A stretch of DNA of 64,000 nt from Octopus sinensis (Eukaryota), in assembly GCF_006345805.1 (NCBI RefSeq), contig NC_043003.1, forward strand, positions 60,326,001-60,390,000, in the 5' to 3' direction. The stretch's first letter is position 1, and every line of letters begins with the position of its first letter. Positions 1 through 12,503 of the stretch are shown here, in pieces. A program made the translations under genes and the position numbers. The notes under the pieces are model-generated. The model worked only from the letters and a program-made list of their open reading frames with translations. It had not been told where the DNA came from and searched no databases.

Positions 1-5
1 TGTAC

Positions 6-44
<39 letters not shown>

Positions 45-70
45 TATATATATATATATAATATATATAT

Positions 71-680
71 ATTCTTTTACTCTCTTTTACTCTTTTACTC
101 TTTTACAGTCATTTGACTGTGGCCATGCTGAAGCACTGCCTTCAGTCGAGCAAATCGACACCAGGACTTATTCTTTGTAAGCCTAGTACTTATTCTATCG
201 GTCTCTTTTGCCAAACCGCTTGGTTACGGGGGCGTAAATACACCAGCATCGGTTGTCAAGCGATATTGGAGGGGGGGACAAATACAGACACACAAACATA
301 TACACACACATACATATATATATATATATTCAAACAGCCGAAATTGCTAAGATGATCCGGTTCCGACTGAAGATTAGAGGCTTCGAGTGACCCGTCTGTT
401 TTTTTGTGTCGTCTCTTTGTGTGTTTTTGCGTTCTTGTCCCACTTTGTAATTTATATTTTATATTTTATATTTGATTTATATATTATATAATATATATAT
501 ATATAATATATATATATATATTACACATATATACGAGAGGCTTCTTTCAGTTTTCGTCTACCAAATCCACTCACGAGGCTATATTAGAAGACACTTGCCC
601 AAGGTTCCACGCAGTGGGACTGAACCTGGAACCATGTGGTTCATAAACAAGCTACTTACCACACAGCCACTCCTATGCCT
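71..680 (-). mobile_element. Full-length tRNA-derived CORE-like SINE (family B) with internal microsatellite and (GAGTAAAA)n tail
   Basis: Minus strand begins AGGCATAGGAGTGGCTGTGTGGTAAG (A-box-like), then GGTTCAGTCCC (B-box-like) and ACCTTGGGCAAGTG (CORE-like), and ends in (GAGTAAAA)n at 71-105. Homologous copies at 3.65, 18.6, 26.1, 41.4, 53.7 and 60.5 kb. Confidence 0.8.
330..455 (+). repeat. Unclassified interspersed repeat fragment nested in the SINE's microsatellite; same family as 11996-12456
   Basis: CAGCCGAAATTGCTAAGATGATCCGGTT..CTGAAGA..GGCTTCGA..CCCGTC matches the reverse complement of ~12020-12145. Confidence 0.6.
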
Positions 681-710
681 ACTTACTACACACACATATA
701 TATGTTTGTG

Positions 711-885
<175 letters not shown>

Positions 886-1627
886 ACCTATCTACCTTCC
901 TACATACATACATACTTACATAGATACATACATACATACATAAATACATATATACATACGTACACATGTATACAAACACATATATATATACCCACATATG
1001 TACACACTCACGCACACACAAGCACGCTCAGGTGTTTAAACTATGTAGAACAGTCTATATTTAGGAATAAAGCTGATGAATTACGCCATTACTGCACCAG
1101 TATTCTTATATCCATTCATTCGAAAAGGCCTGGCACGTTGTGTTTAAATTAGGTTACAATTAACGCAGCTTTCCCCTTTTTTTCATTGGTCATTTCTTTT
1201 GGTCAGAACGATATAAAAGTGTCGGGATGCAAAACATTAACTGTGCTCCGAATCACAACCAGTATATTTATGTTCTTGCCACCTGAATGAACACGTGTCA
1301 ATACGTATATACATGTAGACGTGTGGATGGGCGTAGCATTCACGTGCGTGCGTGTACACGTTGGTGTTGATATAGAAAAAAATCATAATAGCTCGTGATG
1401 CAAAGAACATAGAGTGAAAGCGTCCGTACATTAACCTAATGATATACTTGCCGGAACTCATCCCACTTCCCCTGTCTTTTAGAAAGGTATTAATGCCACC
1501 ATTTAACATTTTTTTTTCTTTAAAGTATAAACAAAAAGATCAATGCAGTGGTTGATTGTTGCAAGATGCAGAGTACGGGTAAATTTTGGTAAGTAGATAG
1601 GGATGTAACTATTATTTTTCATTTGTG

Positions 1628-1714
<87 letters not shown>

Positions 1715-1729
1715 GTTATTATTATTATG

Positions 1730-2340
1730 AAGCCGACGAGCTGGCAGAATCGTTAGCACACCGGGCGAAATGCTTAGCGGTATTTCGCCCGTCGCAACGT
1801 TCTGAGTTCAAATTCCGCCGAGGTTGACTTTGCCTTTCATCCTTTCGGGGTCGATAAATTAAGTACCGGTTATGCACTGGGGTCGATGTAATCGACTTAA
1901 TCCGTTTGTCTGTCCTTATTTGTCCGCTCTGTGTGTAGCCCCTTGTGGGTAGTAAAGAAATAGAAATGCGTATTTCGTCTGCCGCTACGTTCTGAGTTCA
2001 ATATCCGCCGAGACCGACTTTACCTTTTATCCTCTTGGGGTCGCTAAATTAAGCACTAGTTGAACACTGAGGTCGATGTGATCGACTCATCCCCTCCCAC
2101 CAATTTGCTGCCCATGCGACAAAATTTGAAGCAATTGTCATTATCAATATTAAGGCGATGAGCTGGTATAATTGCTACCTTGCCGGACAAAATGCTTAGC
2201 GTCATTCAAAGTTCTGAGTTCAAATCCCAACTGATTTCCACTCTGCCTTTCTTAATATCGGGGTCGATAGAATAAGTACCAGCCAAGTACTTATATAATA
2301 TATTAGCTCCTCCCATAAAATTTCTGGGCTTGTAACTACA
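1730..2340 (+). mobile_element. tRNA-derived SINE family A, dimeric, followed by a second diverged copy from ~2153
   Basis: GAGCTGGCAGAATCGTTAGCAC head, GAGTTCAAATTCC B-box, GACTTTGCCTTTCATCCTTTCGGGGTCGATAAATTAAGTACC body (resembles the Meta-SINE domain from memory). Module repeats at ~1965. Confidence 0.8.
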
Positions 2341-2629
2341 GGTGAAAGGTTTATTATCATTGGGAGACTGTGGTAAAAATGGTTAGAGTGAACTGTATGT
2401 ATACACCTATAGATTGGAGAACAGGAGAGAGGGCTCGTACCTTTGGAGGTCAAGGTAATTCGGGATCTGTGATTTCACGGGCCTCAGCTTGAGTTTCTCC
2501 TGCATCAGGAGGACCGCATCGTTCATGTTGTCACATTGTATACCCTCTATACTTATATCTCATTCCACTGTATTTTCCATTTCTTTTTCTCCCCACTCTC
2601 CTTTGTGTAATACCGCTATAGTAGAAAGG

Positions 2630-2667
<38 letters not shown>

Positions 2668-2669
2668 CA

Positions 2670-2965
2670 TTGCCTTTGCACAGCTTCTAACGCTGGAGAT
2701 TGTACTACGGTGTCAGCTGTTTACTATCAGTGGACTAAGGTAACACACTTTATTTTTCGGGCACCATCCGGTGTATTCAAGCAGTTCCAAGCAGTGCTGT
2801 TTTCTTCAAGTGCTCCACCTTTATTGTAGCCCCTATTTGTTCCACGTACTTCTCGAGATTTTTATTCACTGTTCCCATAACTCCCACAATTATTGATACT
2901 ACTACCACCTTTTTCAGTGACCACAACTACTTAGCCTCCCAAACTAAGCTGTCACATCTGTCGTC

Positions 2966-2966
<1 letters not shown>
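2670..2966 (-). mobile_element. 3' fragment of an R4/Dong-like non-LTR retrotransposon (restriction-like endonuclease C-terminus)
   Basis: Minus-strand translation LVWEAK*LWSLKKVVVVSIIVGVMGTVNKNLEKYVEQIGATIKVEHLKKTALLGTA*IHRMVPEK* matches the RLE C-terminal pattern (LW..V.V+P++.G.LG...LQK.ALLGTA.ILR.VL). Flanked by (ATT)n on both sides. Confidence 0.75.
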
Positions 2967-3052
<86 letters not shown>

Positions 3053-3145
3053 TATTATTATTATTATCATTATTATTATTATTATCATTAATATTATTAT
3101 TATTATCATCATCATCATCATTATTATTATTATTATTATTATTCA
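2967..3145. repeat. Compound (ATT)n/(ATC)n microsatellite
   Basis: Directly visible. Explains the poly-I/poly-N/poly-D ORFs at 2927-3161. Confidence 0.95.
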
Positions 3146-3649
3146 TTTCTTCCTTTCGCACAGTTTTAGGTTATACACTCTCTGACACAGACAGACACGC
3201 GGGCGCGCACGTGTTTGTTTTTATGTCAGGTTATAACTTTAGGATTACTCAATCATTATTCAATATTTTTTGTAGAGTACATATTTATTGTTCTTCTACA
3301 AAACTTTGATATTTGGGCTTGCCTAGCCTTAATCGGACCTTCCGATGAAGATTAACCCAGCCGAATCCTCGAAGTCACTTTCAACACTTCTCTTTCCAAA
3401 GTCTAAAATATGTGGTGTGTCGGGTGCATGCGTGTGCTTGAGTGTACGCACGTTTGTACGTTCACAATGCGCTTCTGTACAGATTCCATCTACTTCAATC
3501 TTTCACAAATTACTGTTAAACTCGAGGTTGTGGTATACATATACCGAAAGTACTACGTAGAGAGATATAACACTGCACCACGTAAAAGAGCTTGAACGTC
3601 ACCTCCTCAATGTCTACTCATATTTTTAATAGCTTGTCTTTCCTAACAT

Positions 3650-4035
3650 TCTTTTATTCTTTTATTTGTTTCAGTCATTTGACTGCGGCCATGCTGGAGC
3701 ACCGCCTTTAGTCGAGCAAATCGACCCCAGGACTTATTCTTTGTAAGCCTAGTACTTCTATCGGTCTTTCTTGCCGAACTGCTAAGTGACGGAGACATAA
3801 ACACACCAGTATCGGTTGTCAAGCGATTTTGCGGGGAGAAACACAGACACACAAACAAACATATACATACTTAGTGGCATTTGTCGGTCTTCACGTCCTG
3901 AGTTCAAATCACACCGGCGTCGACTTTGCCTTTCATACTTCCGAGGCCGACAAAATGAACACCAGCAGAATACTGGGATCGATTTAACTTCTATCCCGAA
4001 ACTGCCGACTTTGAGCCAAAATTTGAAACCATATT
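3650..4035. mobile_element. SINE family B 3' half (minus, 3650-3862) abutting a SINE family A fragment (plus, 3868-4035)
   Basis: CAGTCATTTGACTGCGGCCATGCTGGAGCACCGCC and CTGAGTTCAAATC..GACTTTGCCTTTCAT match the other copies. Confidence 0.75.
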
Positions 4036-6154
4036 TCATATGCTTTTTATGTTGATATATGTACTTGGCAATTCTATGTATATAATATACGTCCTTGCTT
4101 TGAATTTACAAATAAAAGTATATATCGTGTTCAGTAATACTTTTCTCTTCAACTTTTCTTCTTTATATTTACTGTAATTCAATATATATATATCTTCAAA
4201 ATTACCCATCCGTTGAATAGAATCTACTTGACCCTTCAAAATCTAACAAGAATTAAGCAAGTTGTCAACATCATTTATTCTTTACAAGTGTTATTAAATG
4301 CTTGGATACGCCGCATTAAACAAACGAAGATATCTCCCCAACTGACAGATGGAAAACAGTTAGGTGTCTATAAGAAGGGTGCCATTACAAATTAGCAGTA
4401 ATATAAATTGCCTATCATGCGATGGGGATATGTATCATGAGAAAGACTAGGTACGTTTGTCAGCAGTAACACATATGTATATTTTAAATAGATGTTTATT
4501 ATAAGTTTATATAAAGGTATTATTTATTGCTGGGTTGCAAAGGATATATAATTTCTATAACAGCCCACTCTGTTTTGGGTTTGATGAATCGGTGTTAACT
4601 TCTACTGTCATCAACAGCAATAACATCTTAATTGTTAAATCCCTCGTTGTCATCATTGATAGCTTTCTCATAAATAATTTACACCGGAAATTCCTTTACG
4701 GTACGTGTGAAATCTATAGCATCCCCATTATCCCCTAAAATATGTAAGGTATTGTGTCTTATCAAATGTACACAATATTACAAGTGAAATATCTGTAAGC
4801 ATTTTCTCGGGAAGCACTAGTATTGAATCTAATTGGAAGTTAATTTATATCCATTCCTCTTGGAAAATATACCTTCAAAAGGAGAGAAAAATTAATAGTA
4901 TACGAATTAATAGGAGTTTTATCTCCTATTAATTCGTATACTTGTGTCTGATTAAGACATTAATACAAATATTAAGTTCGCTGTGAGATGAAGTCACGAA
5001 CGTATTCATTCTTGGTTGAGTCGCTTTCACTTCAGTTAGAAAACTAAGAGCTGTCAACAACGGCATAAAGTACAGTATTTAGCTCTTCGTATGTGTGTGT
5101 ATGTGTGCGTGTGTGCATGCGTGTGTGTGCGTGAGAGAGAGAAAGAGAGAGAGAGGGAGAGGGAGAGAAAGCGTGTTACAACGTTTACTTTTGTTGATTT
5201 GTAACTTTGTTTTTCAGAAAATGACCGTGATATTTATGCTTGTAACCAGTGTTCATATGTAAATACGCATACACACATGTATATATAACAATTTAAGAAA
5301 GTACTCTTTGCACGTTTCTTGTTATGAAATCCTTCAAATGAAATTCAAGAATTCGAAATGTCCGTGTGTTGGAAACGTTATTATGTTTTCTTCACTGCTA
5401 AGACAGAGCAGGAGACTTATTGACGCCACTCTGCTTGCTCGGGCTTGATAACAGCAGGTTCTACAGTAAGTTAGCCTGGAGGTGTAATTGGGTACGCTTG
5501 GCTTTTAGTGCTACGATAACGGTATTGCAAGTTTGTTTACTGCTATTTATTTATTTTTCCTTTTCTTTTATACAAACTTTCTTTTAACTTACGTCTTTGC
5601 AATACCAAATGTTTTATAGTTAATGATGTCTGCGGAAACTTCTTTAATATTCCAAACAGCAGAGGAAAAAAAATTATTTGTATGTAATTTCAAACATAAT
5701 CACAGCTACTCTGTTTATTTTATATCACAATAAAGAAGACAAGTCACTGTCTGTGATGATCTAAAATATTTGCCTATGATTAACTGATTGACAGTCGTTA
5801 ATCTATCTACATCAGTAGATGGAGTAAGATATTCTTTGTAACTTTTAAACAAAACATACCTTGGTGTTTTCGTTAGATTATCGTATAGAATTAATATTTA
5901 TCTAACACGTAATAACATTACGATCCTGTATTACATGTATTTTTTTAGTTATAAGTTGAGAGATATAGCACAATTGGTTTCTTTCTTGTCACTAGGCCTA
6001 CATTTTATACCTTAGGGAGATAAGATGGTACTAGTGAAAATTTGCCTTTAAGCATTCTTCTATTGTTATATTTTCAATGATGCTGGAGTGTTCGCAGAAA
6101 TGCACAGTACATGAAATTATAAATAGTAATATAGTTATGTGTGGAGGTACATGT

Positions 6155-6620
6155 GTGGAGGTACATGGTTAGAGCAGTGGACTCGCGGTCGCGGGATCGC
6201 AGGTTCGAATCTCAGACCGGGCGATGTGTGTGTTTAGGAGCGAAACACCTAAGTTCCACGTGACTCCGGCAGAAGGTAATGGCGAATTTCTGTTGACTCT
6301 TTCGCCACAACTTTCTATCACTTTTTCCTCTTGCAGTTCACCTGCGACGGGCCGGCGCCCCGTCCAGGTGGGGAACCTAACACGCGAAGGAAACCAGCCC
6401 TATGAGCCAGGTATGGCTTGAGAAGAACAAACAAGTGCTTTATGGTATTCGCTTCGGTTCCTTACATTCTGGCTTAGTGATAAGGGTGTTCGGCTTACGC
6501 TCGTAAGATCGTTCGATTCCCGGCGATGCATTGCGTCCGTGAGCGAAACACTTTCTTTCACGTTGCTCCGGTTCACTCAACCTTTGAGAACCGGAGTTGG
6601 TTTATTTACGCCCCCATAAC
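6155..6620 (+). mobile_element. tRNA(Arg)-like-headed SINE (OR-like family C) followed by a second SINE fragment
   Basis: TGGTTAGAGCAGTGGACTCGCGGTCGCGGGATCGCAGGTTCGAATCTC head. Body CTCTTTCGCCACAACTTTCT is shared with 14428, 21178 and 59799. Confidence 0.7.
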
Positions 6621-7487
6621 TAAGCAGTTTGGCCAAAGAATGATGGTTGGAATACATACAAGACTTTAAAATTTATGCTCTGAAGTCGATTTGTGCGACT
6701 GAACACTTGAAGACAGTGCCCCACCATGGCCGCAGTTCTATTACTGAAACGAATAAGAAGAGATAACAGATGCTCTATCAGGGCTGAACAACGACACCAA
6801 CATATCGAGGTAAATACTTTTATCAAGGAAAAGAGGGCGGCGTTGACTACGAAATCAACCACAGTGTCTTACTGGTAATTGGTTTATCAGTATCAGAGGA
6901 AGGAAAGTTTCTGTCGAAGCAGATAAGATTTCAACTCCGAAAATGTTACACCTGGCTTAACGAAGCAACATAACCCAATCTGGTTTCGTACTATCTTGGC
7001 CATATCACTCCTTCTACTTAATCTGTATAGCAGAGGTAGGCATCATTTAGTAGCCAAGATGCTTGAATTGCATCTTTCTGGTTCCCCTTCCGGTTCCACT
7101 CCCACTCTCAGCCCCAGTCGTGGATGCAAATGTTCAGATATCGGGAGTATGTAAACACATACTCTCACTGACACACACTAACCCCGCCCACACACACATG
7201 ATTATATGTATTTGTGTGCATATGCGTGTGTGTGTTTACTTGTGTGCGTGCGTGTGTGTGTATTTGCCTGCATGTTTGTTTACACTTGACTAAAAACAAT
7301 ACTATTTCTAATGTATGTCTCTGTGCCACGTATTCTAGCGGTTCAACAAATATAGATTGAGAGAAAAAGCCAGAGAAAAACATCATTACTTTTCTCAATA
7401 TGAACGATTGTAATCTTAAGTTAGTACTTCCTAGCTGAAGACTGGTGACTAAAAAAAAATCACTCAAAATAAAATATACTTTTCTAC

Positions 7488-8040
7488 ACAAGGACCGAAA
7501 TTTTGGGAGAGAGAGCCAGTCGATTAGATCGACCCCAGTACTTTATTTATCGACCCCGAAAGGATAAGTCGTCCTCGGTGGAATTTGAACTCATAACGTA
7601 AAGACAGACGAAATACCTATTTCTTTACTACCCACAAGAGGCTAAACAGAGAAAGGACAAACAAGAACAGACAAACGGATTAAGTTGAGTACATCGACCC
7701 CAGTGCGTAACTGGTACTTAATTTATCGATCCCGAAAGGATGAAAGGCAAAGTCGACCTCGGCGAAATTTGAACTCAGAACGTAGCATCAGACGAAATAC
7801 GCATTTCTATTTCTTTACTACCCACAAGGGGCTAAATACAGAGAGGACAAACAAGGACAGACAAACGGATTAAGTCGATTATATCGACCCCAGTGTGTAA
7901 CTGGTACTTAATTTATCGACCCCGAAAGGATGAAAGGCAAAGTCGACCTCTGCGGAATTTGAACTCAGAACGTAGCGGCAGATGAAATAGCGCTAAGCAT
8001 TTCGCCCGACGTGCCAACGCTTCTGCCAGCTCACCGCCTT
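7488..8040 (-). mobile_element. SINE family A with three tandem ~185-bp internal modules
   Basis: Head (reverse complement of GCTAAGCATTTCGCCCG..CTGCCAGCTCACCGCC) at ~7990-8040. CGACCCCAGT..GAAAGGATGAAAGGCAAAGTCGACCTC module recurs at ~7530, 7715 and 7890. Confidence 0.8.
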
Positions 8041-8329
8041 AATATTACTACAATATTAAAATTATAATAATGTTTGATCATGTTGAAATGCCAATATGAT
8101 GGATAGAAGAATGGCTACAGCATTCATAATTATCTAAGTAGACTCGGTGACGCACATCTACTCTAGTTAAAATTCCGTGTTATACCAATTATGCATTTGA
8201 CCTCTCTTGTAACAGATAGATAATGCATATGGATATAATTGACTATAGGTAAACAGCGATATCTCGTACTCATCATTGTCCAATGAAGCACCAAATGCAT
8301 AAATTTAACGCAAATTTTATTCAACGTAA

Positions 8330-8650
8330 TTAATCCCTTCGCGTTCTATAGAACATAGGCCCTCAAAGTCTTTCCTCCGTTGTTGACTCTGAAATGTTTT
8401 TACTATTCCTCCAGTTGGATCCCTGCTTTTCTTTGCACCTTCCTTTCAGTTTGTATAGCCCTGCGTCAAGTGTTTTCCCGAGAGAGAGCATTTTTCTCCG
8501 AAATCTTTTACATAGCTATCGATGCGTCTGTAACTTTGCATTTTTTCAAAGTAGGAGTTAACTCTACGGAAATCCATTTTTACCTCCGAGAAGCGATTGT
8601 TTATTTTAGTCTGTCTCCCATCCTTTGACCTGTCCAGTATAGGAGATCCT
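8330..8650 (-). mobile_element. Highly decayed RTE-like LINE 3' fragment
   Basis: Minus translation remnants (WTGQRMGDRL, RAIQTERKVQ.KAGIQLEE) and GGAGGAAAGACTTTGAGGGCCTATGTTC resemble RTE C-termini. Many stops. Confidence 0.35.
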
Positions 8651-9075
8651 ACAAGCGGTCTCCGCTCTGCCAGGATATCCCACTTTCGTCACTGAATCAT
8701 GCAATTTACAAAGTCGCTGGGGCTAGATCTCGTGATTAAAGACAAACTTAAGTGCAGCAAATGAGCAAAGGCACAACACATTCTAGCTACAGCAGTTTTA
8801 CGTTCGCATTTCGGACTCAAATCAAATTTGCCACATATTCTTCAGAGTTCGATCAAATAAAATAACCGAAATAATCGACGTCGATATAATCGTTTGATAT
8901 CTAAGAACATAAATTTCAAGCCTGTCTTTGTAAGCAATCGTTATTTCCTGTTCTTGACATAAAAGTTTCAAATATAAGCTAAACTTACGTTTCCCTTTAT
9001 TCACTCATTCCAACTGAGAACAGAAATAAAGCGGACATGCAAATTGCTTATGGAGTCAATTAGATATATCTAGAA

Positions 9076-9394
9076 CATACGTTCTGAAAGTGGGTGCTAC
9101 CGCCCCCCGGTGGGCGTTCAGAGAGTCCAGGTGGGCGCTGGTGTCTATGGGGAGGGTAGAGAAAAAGGAGCTATTGGGAGGAAAGCAGTGGATTGGGGGA
9201 CGCTATGAATTTACAATAATATTATAGTATTGTATACAAATTATATAATAATATATTAAATATCAGATGATTCATAGTATATATAAATTAGTAAAATATA
9301 AAATATTTATTTATGCATAAAAATAGGAGTGGGGTGCTAAGGGTATTATGTGGCCATGAGAAGGGCGGTGGCCCAAACAATTTGAGAACCTCTG
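9076..9394. mobile_element. hAT (Charlie-like) MITE
   Basis: TIRs CATACGTTCTGAAA / TTTGAGAACCTCTG (11/14). 8-bp TSD ATCTAGAA (9068-9075) / ATCAAGAA (9395-9402), fitting the Charlie target NTCTAGAN. Confidence 0.75.
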
Positions 9395-9444
9395 ATCAAG
9401 AAGAAAGCGTTCCCTTTGCGCCAAATAATTTCGATGGGTTAAAT

Positions 9445-9758
9445 CAGTGCTTCTCAGGCTATCTGATGTGGCGTACCGGCAGTTTTTTTGTTTCCAATGT
9501 GCCATGGACCAGTAATATTTTTTAGTAATATAAATTTATACAGGAAACAATATATATATATATATATAATAAATATACTAAAAGATGACAATTTATTTTT
9601 ATCTTATATTTATCTGGTAAACAAATAATACAATATTATATAAGCATTTTATAAGCATTTTATAATGTTTCTCTCTTTTCTGGAAACTCGCTGCTTATCG
9701 GCAGCTGATGGCTTTCGGACCAGCACCGGTCGGCGGGCCACCACTTTGACTAACACTG
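9445..9758. mobile_element. Second hAT-like MITE
   Basis: Ends CAGTGCTTCTCA ... TTGACTAACACTG (CAGTG-type TIR). Flanks GGTTAAAT / ACTTAGAT are only 5/8 similar. Confidence 0.5.
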
Positions 9759-10149
9759 ACTTAGATAATGAACGGAGTAGAAAGATTCCCTAATAGTTCA
9801 TTTGATACAGCATGTATTTCTGTGTGCATGTATGTATGTATGTATGTATGTATGTATATATGAATGCATGAATGTGTGTATGTAGGTTAGTAGGTATGTA
9901 TGTTTGCACTTGTGAGTACAGAGAGAGACACGCGCGCACACACACACATATCCATAACATTATGTGTATTTGTGTGTGTGCGTGTGTACATGCGTGTGTG
10001 TGCGTGTGATTGTGTGTACGTGAGAGATTGTGTGTGCGTGTGTGTCTATGTAAGCAAAATCAGAATGTAAATTAATTCACACATTCTCACCATCTATCTG
10101 AATACGTGTGTGTGTATGTATAATTTACATCATAATCGCAAATGTATAT

Positions 10150-10199
10150 TCAAATGTGCTTCCGTAATTCATTGATATAAATATATACATACACATATA

Positions 10200-10238
<39 letters not shown>

Positions 10239-10254
10239 TGTATATATATATATA

Positions 10255-10288
<34 letters not shown>

Positions 10289-10380
10289 TATATATATATA
10301 TATAATATAATATATATATATATATATAATATATATATATAATATATATACATATATATCTATATGTATATATATATATG

Positions 10381-10445
<65 letters not shown>

Positions 10446-10449
10446 TATA

Positions 10450-10538
<89 letters not shown>

Positions 10539-10615
10539 CATATATATATATTATATATATATATATATACATATATATATTTATACATATATATATATTT
10601 ATAAATATACATATG

Positions 10616-10653
<38 letters not shown>

Positions 10654-10660
10654 GGAAATG
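10150..10660. repeat. Long degenerate (TA)n tract
   Basis: Directly visible. Source of the IY-repeat ORFs. Confidence 0.95.
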
Positions 10661-11495
10661 TACTTAGTAAATATTTATATGTACGTTTCACTGTGTGTGT
10701 GTGTGTGTGTGTGTCTGTGTGCGTATGTGTCTGCGTATGTCACTGTAGTAAGTTAATTGTCAGTGAGTATTTCACACGCTAATTGCATATCTCTGTACAT
10801 TGTGGAATTCGCCAGAGTTGCAGGCTAGTCGGCGCCAATATAGCAGAGAATTACATCATATTGCTTCTTCAGGCTGAAATATGCAAATTACTGATTTCTT
10901 AACGGATGCTTATCGTGTCACTTTGTATGCACCAAATTGTTGCGTCTTTATCGTAAATAAGTTTCGACAAGTTCGGACCTTCCTTGGCGACTGGCTGGTT
11001 CCTTTCACTAATCAACCAGAGTAGGGTGACGGATTTCTGCTAATTTTGACTAATAATTTTAGCTGGTGCATAAGTTATTATAATCAATTTAATACCGCCG
11101 ACCCGTTTCTGTCTGACGTCTCGACTGGCACAACTATGTTTAGGTGCCGCTTGTTCTTTCACCAACGGGGGCCTGCCAAACGGTAGTCTCACACAAGAAT
11201 ATATATATATACAATTCTCTTTTTTTTTCTACTTCTTTTACATCATATATAAACGCCCCTTTCTTCCACGACGACAACAACCATCACCAACATCACCACT
11301 GACACCACCAGTCATAAAGAAAACTACTACTACTACTACTACTAACACTACCACTTCCTAAAAGAAATGGCGATGGTAGCGACTTGGCGCTTGTTCAGCT
11401 GAGTGGGGTTGGGTCGTCACTGGTTGATTCGCAATTAATCAGAAATACCCTGTTGCGATTTAACATTTCAAAACGGAATCCAAGTGTAAACGCAA

Positions 11496-11530
<35 letters not shown>

Positions 11531-11963
11531 ATGTATACAGAAGTAATGTGTGTGTGTGCGTGCGTGTGTGCGTGTCTGTGTTCATGTATAAGTCGTATGT
11601 ATGTTTTTTGTGTGTGTGTGTGTATGTATGAATGCTCGTGTGTGTGAGTACATATGAATATGATAAATATATGAGTACTACCTCAACTCACGTCGAGTGC
11701 TAGATTTAAGTGTTGTTGATAAAGGAAGGAGGTTAATCAATACTGATAACAATCAACAAACTCATATCGCCCAGTTCCCTCAATATTTTTTGTTTTTATT
11801 TTTATGTTATACTTTATTTAATATCGGCAAAAAATTTTCGACAGAATTGGAATTATATATATCTATCTATCAAACTGCCTAATTTTAATGCTTCACATAT
11901 ATATATATATATATTACCACTGGTAATAATAACCTATGTTATTACCCTTTTGATTATGTTCAC

Positions 11964-11995
<32 letters not shown>

Positions 11996-11996
<1 letters not shown>

Positions 11997-12454
11997 TAAA
12001 TGTAAAAAAACACAAACTGGGACAAGAACGCAAAACATTTAGAAGACGATACGAAAAAAAAATTTTTGAAGACGATACAAAAAACCGACGGGACATTCGA
12101 AGCCTTCGATCTTCAGTCAAGAACCGGATCATCTTCGCAATTTCGGCTGATTAATCTTGAGATTGCTCCGATCTGGCCAGCCCCAAAGGAAAATCTAAGC
12201 CAAGCGCATTAGATTCCTTGGAAGAAAGCCTCGAATGTATACAAAACAAGGACGGGAAGGAAGAAGAATACAAAAATACGTAAAAATAATAATGATAACA
12301 CGAATAAGAATACGAAAATACGTAAAAACAATAATGATAATAATAATAACAAAGACAGGACGTTACAGACAGGCGTCTTTTCGACAGGACGGGTGAACTT
12401 GAGCTGGCGCATTGAAAAAATGCCTGAAGACGAAGAGAGAAAAAATGTGTCTAG

Positions 12455-12456
<2 letters not shown>
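11996..12456 (-). repeat. Unclassified interspersed repeat between (TA)n tracts; same family as 330-455
   Basis: Homology to 330-455. Contains the palindrome TCGAAG-C-CTTCGA at ~12097-12109 and an internal AAT-rich duplication. Confidence 0.55.
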
Positions 12457-12495
<39 letters not shown>

Positions 12496-12503
12496 TATAT
12501 ATA

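Noticed and set aside
355-410. CTGAAGA...GA(G/A)...GTC order in the 330/12000 repeat family as a hammerhead
   Set aside because: GAAA is absent in both copies and no consistent stem I or III can be drawn.
1068-1135. CTGATGA ... GAAAAGGCCTG as a hammerhead
   Set aside because: No stem II or stem I pairing, and the cleavage position would be G.
1237-1509. 90-aa ORF MLNGGINTFLKDRGSG...
   Set aside because: No recognisable domain, runs into simple repeats, no supported splice structure.
10125-10782. Many 60-170 aa ORFs rich in IY, CV, LS, poly-I/N/D or poly-T/S (also at 32748-33143, 37001-37547, 42181-42472 and others)
   Set aside because: They are translations of (TA)n, (GT)n, (CT)n, (ATT)n or (CTA)n microsatellites, with no coding evidence.
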